Below, piece after piece: positions 14,010 through 25,000 of a stretch of 64,000 nt of DNA (position 1 is the stretch's first letter; the number at the start of each line of letters is the position of its first letter). The notes beneath the pieces were generated by a model. That model searched no databases, was not told the DNA's origin, and saw only the letters and a list, made by a program, of their open reading frames with translations. The DNA is from Bugula neritina (Eukaryota > Animalia > Bryozoa), in assembly GCA_964035545.1 (NCBI GenBank), contig OZ037768.1, positions 18,087,700 through 18,151,699 on the forward strand. Direction: 5' to 3'. The position numbers and the translations under genes were made by a program.

Positions 14010-15060
14010 ATGTAAGCAGTAACAGTAACTGAGCAAGTGTAGCAGGTAACTACACGTTGCCTAAAGTTATTATGACTTACTATAAGTACTATTAAATAAT
14101 AAACTGCCTAACAGTAACAGCTTGATATTAAATAAGTATTACTATTATTAATAAAAGTAAATCTATGACCAATGTCACTATGACTATGTGAATGTTTAAT
14201 ATTTAGCTTGTCAAATGTTGTGTCGAGTAAAAATATTTAATAAACAACTATCACTATGATTATCCACTTATTTAATTTTATAGCAATACTAATAGTAATA
14301 CTAATAGTAATAGTATTACTAATAGTAATCGTATTACTATTACTATTAGTAGCTGTAATCATACTAATACTAGTACTACTACTACTAGTATTAGTATTAC
14401 TATTAGTAGTAGCATTACTAATACTAATAGTAATATTAATACTAATACAGTTTTACTAATAGTAATACTAATAATACTAATACTAATAGTAATAGTAACT
14501 GCACAACATTTATTATAATTTATATTAATAATCATACTCATAGTCCTACTGATAGCATAAGTAATACTAATATAAGTAATATTAGTATTAATAAGTATAA
14601 CTCAAGTAAGATTAAGTATAACTAGAAGTATATACTAAAAGTAAATAATATTAATAATCATAATTACCAATTAAATTTAATGAGTTAATGTTATCATATT
14701 GATATTCATACTGATAATGATAAATCGAGTATCATAATGATAGTGATAATAATAACTAATTACTAATAAGTAATAACTAATACTACTATAAGAACAACTA
14801 ATAAGTAATAGTAATCTATTAGTAATAACTAAAAGTAAAAGCAAAACTTAAACTAAAAGTAAAAGTAAATAAACTAAACTTAAACTAAAACTAAATGTAC
14901 CATTAAATTTAATAACTAAGAGTAAGTCTAATAAGTAATAATTACAATATTAGTATTACTAATACAGTAATACTACTAGTAATAAAATTAAATATATATT
15001 TATGATAAGTAATAACTAATAAGTATTAGTAATAAGTAATAACTTATAGTTCTAGGTATT
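14010..15060. repeat. Periodic (TAN)n quasi-palindromic tract between the EEF1AKMT4 and OTC 5' ends
   Basis: TAGTAA/TACTAA/TAAAAG/TAAAAC hexamer runs, plus an inverted repeat with 15-bp arms at 14361-14397. Confidence 0.85.
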
Positions 15061-15796
15061 GTTAGAAAATATGCTAAGAACATTTTTATTGTACATGCTG
15101 TACAGAGTCAGAAGTAGCACTTTTAAGACTCTTGATAAAAAGATCTTAGCTTTAATTCTACATTAATTGTTTACTTCATCGAACTCAATAATATTCCAGC
15201 TCAGTGGTTTACTTATTGCTCACTACTGAATAAACTGGAAAAGGTCAGTGATGAAATTAAAATTCATCGGGGTCATAGTTCAATGTTCCGTATTCTTCAT
15301 TAGTTAGTTCTAGGTCTAATCCTACTTGACCGCGAATGCGATTACAAGGAGTCGTTATATACAGCACCAATTCTAGAGTCATTAAGTGCAGCTTGAAATT
15401 GAAACTTTAAATCCACAAAACACTGCACCCAGTAACCCTAAACTATGTGCTGTTTCAAGCGATTTCATAAGCATAAATTCACGTCTAAGACACGCCTATC
15501 CACAACTATCGGTTCCCAATAGCGTTTTTTCAACCACTGCCTCATTAGTCATTTTGATAATGAATGACAGTGACACTCACGCTCAGTAATCTTTATTTTA
15601 GTAAGTGAGTTTCAGTTCGTCAACAAAATTCAAGTCGGTAATAGAAGTCAACAAAATAATCTGACCCATTTGTCGTGCAAGTCATTATAAAATTTGCAAT
15701 CTGGAGATTTTCAGTTCATGTAAAACTTGCATTTCAAGTTCAATTCATCGGAATTGTACTTAGTCTTATAGTTAAACTTAATGTTATACCCCTGGC

Positions 15797-18700
15797 ATGA
15801 GCATGGCTCTAAATATAATGAAGAATCTACCAGTTTCAAGTGAAAGCTTGGGTTTTGCGCTGAACCGTCGCTGCACATGGTCTTGGAGTTTAGGTTTGTC
15901 CAGTTCGAAGTTGAACATTAGCAAGCACCGAGTAAAAAGGTCCGCTTACTCTACGAGTTCATTCACTTCCAGATCAAATTCTAGTTCAGCTACCGAAAAA
16001 GAAAACCACAGGTATCAAACTGAACCTGGGTAGGGTTGTAATAAATGTTTTTAATCCGATACTTTGAATCACCTCCCATCACATAATGATAATGCTATCA
16101 GCACAATATGAATGTTATATTTATTAATTGTGTGTATTTCTACTAATGTTTATAATTATCAATTACAAACTGCTTTCAAGTTTTGCTAAAAAAATTTTGT
16201 GTGCTCGATATTATAAATCTATTTAATAATAATTGGGGCTTTTTTATCAGCTATGTAATTATTATTATACTATTGCTAATATAATTTTCGCAGAGAAAGC
16301 TGTAGTTTGGTAAATCGTAACTTTCTCACGTTGAAAGATTTCACTAATGACGAAGTGAAGACTCTTTTGTGGACAGCTTTTGATTTGAAAAAGAGAATTA
16401 AAGACCACCATGAGGTAAAATAGCATAAATGCTATGGTTTGATCATGTCTGTGTACTAAATTAAAATGTAAATGGCTTTCAGTATGTTTTTCTTGTACTT
16501 CAAGGCACTAAGAACTATTTATGTTGGAATCAACTAATATTTAGAATAATGTCTAAAATCTATTGACCACCAGGACTAGTAGGGTTTATATTGTTTATAT
16601 TGTTTGTTTCGCCAACAAGCATGCTTAGATTCAGATTGTTTACCTTGCTGTTGATTAGGTTTATTTAGCACTTTTTTGTATGTGTTATTTGTAATATTTA
16701 TTTTAGTACTGTAATTATAAAGCATAGGTGTTTTTCATTTCATAAATATATATACACTTCTCTTGCTACTACACCATGAGCATAAAAGAGAGAGAGATAC
16801 GGATATATGACTGAATAATAAAGGTGTGAGACCAAATAATAGACCTAAAGGCCTGGCCTCACGATCACACGAAATCGTCTATTTGACACGAAAAAGCAAT
16901 CGTAAGAGAAAATTTGAGGGAATTAAAACGAAATCGTCTTCGTTGTGTGTACGATGAACGAAAATTCACAATCGATGATAAGCACCATTTGATTGTCAAT
17001 AGAATTTTAGCAATAGTAATTTATTTCATTTCTACCACGTTTCTCTATTTGGCAATTTTCTGCTGTTTGTATCTCGTGCAAGACTCGTTCACAGACTATT
17101 TATTATGTGTTTCGTCCGATGAGTGTGTGGCTGGTTAAAACAAGAGGATAACTCACGAAAATCGTCACACGATTTCGTGTGATTCTCACGATCGTGAGGC
17201 CAGGCCTTAAGAGCACGAATAGTAAGGGTATGGGAACAAATTATAGACCTGTGAGAGTGTTTTGTGAGCATATGAGAGAGAATAATAGCTAGATACTTTA
17301 TTATAAGCATGAGATGCAATAATAGGCAAATTTTTGACTATTTGACACTCCATATGTTTGTTCATTATTAATTTATCTGTTATTTTAATTGTAGCTCTAT
17401 CAGCCACTGAAAGGAAAGAATCTGGCTATGATATTTGAAAAAAGAAGCACAAGAACTCGAATGTCTACAGAATCTGGTGAATAAGTTTGAGACATTTTTC
17501 AGCAGCCTACGGTAGAGCTATTCAGGAGTAACACATGGTGATATCATTAGATTGTAATGTCTTTTTGGTAATGTAATGAGTTAATATTTTTGCAGGTTTT
17601 GCTGCGCTTGGCGGTCACCCCATTTTCTTATCCTCCCAAGACATCCATCTTGGAGTGAATGAGAATCTCTCTGATTCTGCTCAAGTCATATCCCGGTTTT
17701 CTGACATTATCCTCGGTGTGAAGAATATAGTCTCATGATTCTATAGTATACTAGTTACTATATAGATGGAGGTTTTATGTTGTAAAACTGTATCATTAGT
17801 ATAATAGTATTGTATATTGTATATTATATTAAATGTTGAGAATAATTTACTTTCAATTGATTTAGGACACAAAATACGCTTGACAAATTTCAAACAGGCT
17901 GTAGCGGTATGAAACAATATAAATTTACACTTTCTGTACATTAATAATGTGTTACGGAGTATTGCATTACCAATTAGTTGAAATTTTCTCCTAACAGTGT
18001 AAGTTAGTAGCTATTCTATTCTACTCTATGTTATGTAGCCACAGTTTACACTATGTTATGTAGCCATAGTCTACTCTATGTTATGTAGCCACAGTCTACA
18101 CTATGTTATGTAGCCAGAGTGTACTCTAACAAGACGTTGCAGACGTTAGCTAAAGATGGTAGCAAACCAGTTGTAAACGGTCTATGCGATGTATATCACC
18201 CACTTCAGATATTGGCAGATTTCCAAACCTTGCATGTAAGCTTTAACCTCAATTATTCTTTCACTTTATTCTTGACAAGTTGAATTAATATATTAGAATC
18301 CTTGTCAGAGATTGCATTTTATTACTTACTAGTAGCCATGTTATTTACATGTATTTTCTAACATGTAGGAGCACTATGGGCAGCTGAAGGGTTTAAACAT
18401 TGCATGGGTTGGTGATGGGAACAACAATGTCAGTAAGTTTTCTTTTGTATTTGTTGAATTTAAAAGACCCACATTCAACCTAATTTGCTAATAATGCTAA
18501 ATTTTTATATTAGTATAATATGTTTATATATAATTACATTGTATTGTTTTCTGTTTTGTAACTTACTATATTTTCTCACTTTTCTCCGCCATTTCCTGAT
18601 CGGGTGGCGGAAAAAACTCACACAAGTTTATAGTCACCATTCCTGTGAGAAAACCAATGATGGAAGGGGTTTTTGTTCAATCGGGCTAAAACTTATTCAG

Positions 18701-19194
18701 ATGGGGCACAGGAGTAATTATGACTGGATGCTCTTCCTAACATCACCAATGGCCTTTGTCAGGTTCAAACCCTTGACTGAGTGCTTACTAGGCCAACGCT
18801 CTAACCCCTAGACCTACTATATTTGTGATCATTGTTTTATGTTCAGTGGTTTGCTTATTGCTATCATTTTACTGAGCTGATATTTTAGGACTGTATTGTA
18901 TGTTTGTAGCTCATTCTTTCCTCATGGGATGTCCAAAGATGGGAATGAACCTTCGGGTGGCTTCTCCAAAGGTGTGTTTGGCATTGACCCCATAATCTTA
19001 ATTAAACTTGAATTTAATAAAACTTATTTAACCCAGTCAGGTTATTTTGTAGTAACTTAGTAAAACTTGATATTTACAGTATTTCTATTATGTATTTATT
19101 TTAGGGATATGAAGTGGATAAGCTTGTAGCCTTGGACGCTGATGCATTGTGTAAAGAGGTAGGTTATTATATTATATATATATATATATACATA

Positions 19195-19256
<62 letters not shown>

Positions 19257-21676
19257 CAGCTCCTGTATTTTGAGTCATACTGCGTTAGCATTTTAGCTAT
19301 TCACATCAGAAACTATGTCCTTACACTCAATGTGTTGAAAATATTTTTACTAGTGTCCCAGAAAGCTGGTTTAAGCTTACACAAGTATTTTGCCTATTTT
19401 TAAGTCAGCAATCAGTTTAATCAGATGCAAAAATGCAGGGTCTGCTACTACTATAATTATAATGAAGTTTAACTGCTTTTTCGATAATAAAAAATATGTT
19501 TTGTTTAAATTTTAGCACTTTTTGTTGCTGGACAGTAACTTTTTTTGAGTACATTAATTCACTTGCAGCTGCTAGGTGTCAATCCCACACAAACTACGTA
19601 TTATAAAACGGTTTGAAAATCTTTCTCCCTACTTCTACTTACTTTTTCATGTCTTTTATGTCATAAAATATTTAAATCAAAAACGTCTATTTCTAATCCA
19701 TTGAATGGTATATTTGTGTATAAGCATTTACAGCATTTTCCAGGTTTTCCTTGTACTGTCTCTACGTCAGAATGTAGATTAAAAGTAAAAACGATTTTTT
19801 GACAAACCTGGGATAAAAAACAATGTTCATTAAGCCAAGTTTTAGATTAGTTCTTCATTTAAGTTTCAGTTAATAGTATTCTATAGTTTGCTATTAGGAG
19901 TCCTAGTCTATCATATTCAGCGCCATTAGAAACCCTAGTCTATTCTAAATATAATTGCTACTCAGTTATAGTAGAGCTTCAATAGCCTTAAAAATGTACT
20001 TGCTACTCTAGTTCAGTTAATTGGGATTTCAAAGTAGTATATGATTTGTGTCATAAGAATTCTATTGTGTGCTGATCATTAATCTTGTAGAACAACACCA
20101 CTATCCACTACACCAATGACCCCAGAGAGGCAGTAGAAGGTTGTGATGTCATTGTCACAGACACTTGGGTTAGCATGGGGGCTGAAGAGGAGAAAGCTAA
20201 GCGTTTGGCTGATTTCCATGGATACCAAGTAACACAGGCTGTATGAAATCTATGGAAATTCATCTTCTGTGTTCTTTTTAATACATTTTTCTACAATTTG
20301 TTTCATAAAGTTGACTACTGGCTCGTTTAGTTTAGTGAATATTTTGTGTTGTTTCAGAATGATTTAGACTGTCTTTGGGGGATTTTTTAAGATGCATTGA
20401 AATGCTTCACAACACTGTTTTAACAGATTTCATGTTATTAGTGTTTAAAGTTTGGAATTTTGTGTTTGGTTGGAATTTCACTGCTGTTGAAAGTCTTGTA
20501 AAATATTGGCTGTAGGCCAATCAAGTAGCAAGTTTACGAAAACGAAAGTTACAAAGTTGACATAATAAATCTTAGGTATTTTGCTATGAATTACTGCCAA
20601 CATTGAAAAGCTGGTGCAATAAAATTTTTACCAAATATGAAAACAGTGGTCTAAGATAAATGTCGCTAAATACTTTAAAAACTTTGCAGCCAGAATTTGA
20701 TTTGCCTTTTTGTTTTTCCAGCTGTGCTCACTGGCCAAACCAGATTACACTTTCCTGCACTGTTTGCCACGTAAATCAGAGGAAGTGTCGGATGAAGTGT
20801 TTTATAGTCGTCATTCTCTGGTCTGGGACGAGGCTGAAAACAGGAAATGGACTGTCATGGTAGGATTTTATTACCTTGTCTCTTAGACCTGAGGATATTT
20901 TAGTAGTTGGCAATCAAAACATATAACATAAACAAGCACTCACTGAAATGGTTAGCCTAATGTACGAATTCCTAATGTAAAACTGCTTGTAAAGACAGAC
21001 CATGAGCTATTTCAAAATAGTTCATAATTCCATTTTCACATGTAGTTTACACAACAATAAGTTCAAAATCACAAAGCTTATGAGCTTACTCTGCCCACTG
21101 AGTTTTCTATGCTGTGAATCTGCTTAATGTGCTGCAAATTGTTGTGATTCACTCGCTCCTACTATACAGTTTCTTATGCACTCATCTAGGGAGTTTGTTG
21201 ATCAGGGGGATACCTTTTTGTAGCATCAAATAGAAAGCATGCTGTGAATTTTAATGAATGAAATTTTAATTTATCTATTAAAATTTTGTTCCTTTTCTTC
21301 TAATGCTCACATATATTATTGTAATGCTTATATAAATTGTGAACATTACAGAAAAATATGTTTTATAATAATTATGCCATTGCAATATTTTACTAGTATA
21401 TGTTAATATAATCATAGTATTGAAAATTCAGTTTCATGATATTTGTATATTTTGTAATTATCAGATCTAATCTGAACTGGCAAAATGTGAAGTTTGTTTA
21501 GATTTTGAAGAAAAAGCAAATTTAGCTCTCCAATTTCACACAAGATTCATATTTTTTAAATCATACATTTTTTATGCAAGGGCTGTATTTTTAAGTCTAG
21601 CATTTTTATATTGTAGTCTGTTCTTCACCATCTACTTATGGATTACAACCCAGTCAGCCCAATGCCCAAATTTTGA
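15797..21676 (+). CDS. OTC: Ornithine carbamoyltransferase, mitochondrial, 11 coding exons, about 395 aa
   Basis: Exons 15797-16011, 16294-16414, 17395-17476, 17596-17715, 18114-18235, 18369-18432, 18910-18971, 19105-19158, 20091-20240, 20722-20859, 21617-21676. Motifs STRT, HPLQ, GDGNN, DTWVSMG, HCLP and EAENRKW are present, and the C-terminus ends PKF. The start codon is less certain than the rest. Confidence 0.95.
16849..17207. mobile_element. PIF/Harbinger-type MITE in OTC intron 2
   Basis: Perfect 18-bp TIR AGGCCTGGCCTCACGATC / GATCGTGAGGCCAGGCCT with TAA TSD at 16846-16848 and 17208-17210. Confidence 0.9.
18020..18128 (+). repeat. Four 25-bp tandem repeats spanning an OTC splice acceptor
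   Basis: Unit CTATGTTATGTAGCCAyAGTyTACw, with AG dinucleotides ending at 18038, 18063, 18088 and 18113. Confidence 0.9.
18568..18818 (-). mobile_element. tRNA-derived SINE, same family as 57144-57541
   Basis: The minus strand has A-box/B-box-like GGTCTAGGGGTTAGAGC and GGTTTGAACC, then AAAGGCCATTGGTGATGTTAGGAAGAGCATCCAGTCATAAT, which is shared with the 57 kb copy. Confidence 0.8.
19173..19250. repeat. (TA)n microsatellite, interrupted
   Basis: Direct inspection. Confidence 0.95.
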
Positions 21677-22048
21677 ATACTAGCTAGTCAATGTTCAGAA
21701 GCTATTCTGGCGAGTGTCACACGGACTTATCACATATTTATACTAGACTTGTGTTTCTCATGTTAATGTTTATGGAGGTTGATTAATCTCAAGGTGGTTG
21801 GAATCTCATTTGTATTTAGAAAATTTTAGCTTTTTATTGCTTTACTAAATATAAATAAAGTGTGCTTTACATAAATAATAAATAAAAATATTTCTTGTGT
21901 GCTAAATATTCCAAATAATTTATATATAAAGATAAATGCACACTGTAATGATACCCATATGTAATGATACTTAACATTTACTGTAGAATTGACTGATTTT
22001 GTTGCTGATACACGCCTTTATTGTCTGCGCTCTATACTGGCTTCTAGA

Positions 22049-25000
22049 TTATTCTTTTTGTATCAAATAATTGAAAATATTGCTGTACACGGTGCTGTCA
22101 TCTGAATCCATCCTTGAGAATACCATCATCATGTAGTTCCCCGCAGACTTGATACCGTGCGCCGTGATGGCTACAACATCACTCCCTTGCCTTTGTATGT
22201 TTAAATGATCTTTGTGGTCCTCATTCGGCTCTTTAACTAGATGGGCCATAATCACCACATCCTGTGGCACTTGAAACTGTATAACAGTTTGTGATAACGT
22301 GGTTTTAATTTTCCAATTTGTGTGTGTCTGGGGTACGACAGAGTATTTCTGTATTTCAGGCAAAGCACCCCAATTTCCCATACATGTTTCAAGAGCTGTA
22401 GCTATTTCAGCCACCCCGATATCCACTGGGTTTTGCACATCGGTTACGTTGACCAAGTACTTGCAAGCATGCGCTAAAGGTTGTTCCGCAGGAGCACTTT
22501 TCGGCTTTGCATAGATGTCTAATCCGTACTGTCCCGAAAGGGGAAATCCTACCTTCACTCTCAAGTGGTGGTCATCAAATTGTGCGTCAATAAAATCTTG
22601 GAAATATTTATCATCCACACCATTCATCCTCAGTTTTGCTAAAAACACTAATGGCATCCCCAAAGTAAATTTTACTTTGAGATTGTTTTCTGCTGTAATG
22701 ATGCCGCTTTGATGTGACACTGCTGTCATTTGAAATTGTCGCGCTGCCTTGTTTGGGCCCCACTCACCAGGGGCACAGTTAGGTAAAGCATACATATGCT
22801 CTTCTTTGCTATTCCGGATAATTTTAAACTTACAAACACATTTCAACTTCACTCCTTCAATAGATGAAACTTGCCCAGGTCTGGTTGCATCCATTTTACT
22901 GGCAAATATTTGTAGGTAATATTCACCATTGGTTGGCACATGGACAGAATATACTACCTGAAATTTTTAATAAAAACAAATTCAAACACAAGAATGTTTG
23001 CAATACTTTCTTATCCTAATGCTCAAAATTTTAAAATATAAAAATCAAATAAACCTAAAAACAGTAGAGAAGACTTAATCAAAATACAAAATAACTTCTA
23101 AGCTATGTTAGGAAGAGACTATATGCTTTCCAAGGAATTTACCTATAGGTGTCTTGAGTAATCATACCTCATTCCCCTGAATCGATTGGTATACGAATCT
23201 GTCCAGTTTAACTCCACAATACTCCAACTCTTGCATCTTAGATTTTTCACAGTACCTCAACTGGTACAAGAAAGCCGTGTCCTGTGCTATTTCTTCTGGT
23301 ACTGTTATTCTAACGTCAACACTGCCAAGTTCACTGGCGTCCATCACTGCATGGTAGGTCTTCTTGAACTTGAGACCCAAATGGAAGAATATTGACCTAA
23401 TAAAAAAACTTGCATGTAAGTATATGCAATGGATTGTACTTTGAACTACCTACTATAGACTGTATTAAAGTAAAGCCCCACAATGCTTCATATAAAACTG
23501 CAAGCAATGTAACTAAAAATTAAAGGAAATTTCAACTGTACTTTGAGTAAAAATTTAGTAGAATTCTATACGAAGTTTATTGAAAAATTATTGAAATTAT
23601 GAAATAAAAACTTTTTCCAACGAATAATGTAGTCTGGGAAGTTGGCGAAAGATTCCATTCTTTACTCAAGGTAGAAGAGAAGAATACTAATGCTAGGCGA
23701 CATGTCCATAAACTATGACATAGCCTAGGTTCTAGCTTCTACCTCACTAAAGGTTGGTTTTCAAAGTCTTCTAAGCTGATTTTGTTGTCCAGTAGTTGCC
23801 ACTCCTGTTTGTTAGGAAAGAATTCTTGGATGAAATCTTCAGGATCAGTTAGGAAATAGTGCTCATCATACTGGTACTTGATGCTGTCGTCTTTCTCATC
23901 TACTTCCTTAGGCTTGCTCTCGTTTTTGTCCTTGTTGATGACTAGAAACCTGAAGCAGCATGTTGTTCAATGTCTGAGCATCTATTCAAACTAATATAAG
24001 CCAGTCTGGTTTAGTTACTTGTGTTCTGACATGTGAATTAAGTTACTGTGTTCATGTGAATTAAATCTTGATTTAATTTCAATTTTTACTCAATATAAAC
24101 TTGTGTTATAGTTTACCACTAATTAGAAGAGCCAAATGTACACAAAGTATGGTTTAGTGTGAGATAAAAGGCTGTGATTAAAATATTTCACTACTAATAA
24201 GTTGCTATTCCATTGCACACACAATAGCAATATGAAATGCCATGGTAAGCACAGCATTTATAAATAACACATTATTTGTAAAATTGTGTTTTAAAGCATT
24301 TCACATGCATTTTTTTCACTTCATCAGGTTAGGTTTTTATTAGAATAAAAATTTAGTAATCTGATAATAACCATGTGGTCATCCTTAGTCATGATCTAAC
24401 ATACATGTATACAGCACAAAATGCTCACAGTTGGTTTAAGGTCATACTTTTCATTTTCTGGCTCTTTGCCAGGTGCTTTATGTTCTATATGAACAATGTT
24501 CCACTGATAGCTCGAACAGGTTGAATGTCACAGGAACAAAAAAAATATGAAAAGATAAAGAAACTTATGTTCTCCAATATACTTTTTTATTTTTTTCAAA
24601 AGCCAATTCATGTTTAAGTTATAGCTTGTTGAAAAACATTGTCCCCCTTCCACATTCTTTTCAATTTATACGCTCCTGACTTGTTATTGTGTCTCAATAT
24701 GCCTTGTATTTGAGTGCTTGTTAGTCTCGCTTCACTAACTTTGCCTATACTTCACAAGTGCCAGTGCTGCTGGCTCAAAAGCTAAATTTTATAAACTGTC
24801 AGCTAAAACCCAATCTTGCATTCCTAGGTTGGTTGGCCTAAATAAAACAATAGTCAAATCATGATTTCATGTTTCAAAAATTTACTCTATTCTAACCTGC
24901 TGCCTAGCTAGTTCTATTTTTGATGTATAATTACAAAATTTGTGATACATTTTTTTGGCAACCATGTGATTTATAAAATGCAGTAATGGTACTTATAATA

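Noticed and set aside
15433-15441. TAACCCTAA as a telomerase RNA template
   Set aside because: About one such 9-mer is expected by chance in 64 kb at this base composition, and I could not build a convincing pseudoknot or H/ACA domain.
22299-23395. Plus-strand ORFs opposite Hillarin exons (likewise 41906-42283 and 8854-9108 opposite GALNT and PPP4C)
   Set aside because: They are antisense shadows of real coding exons.
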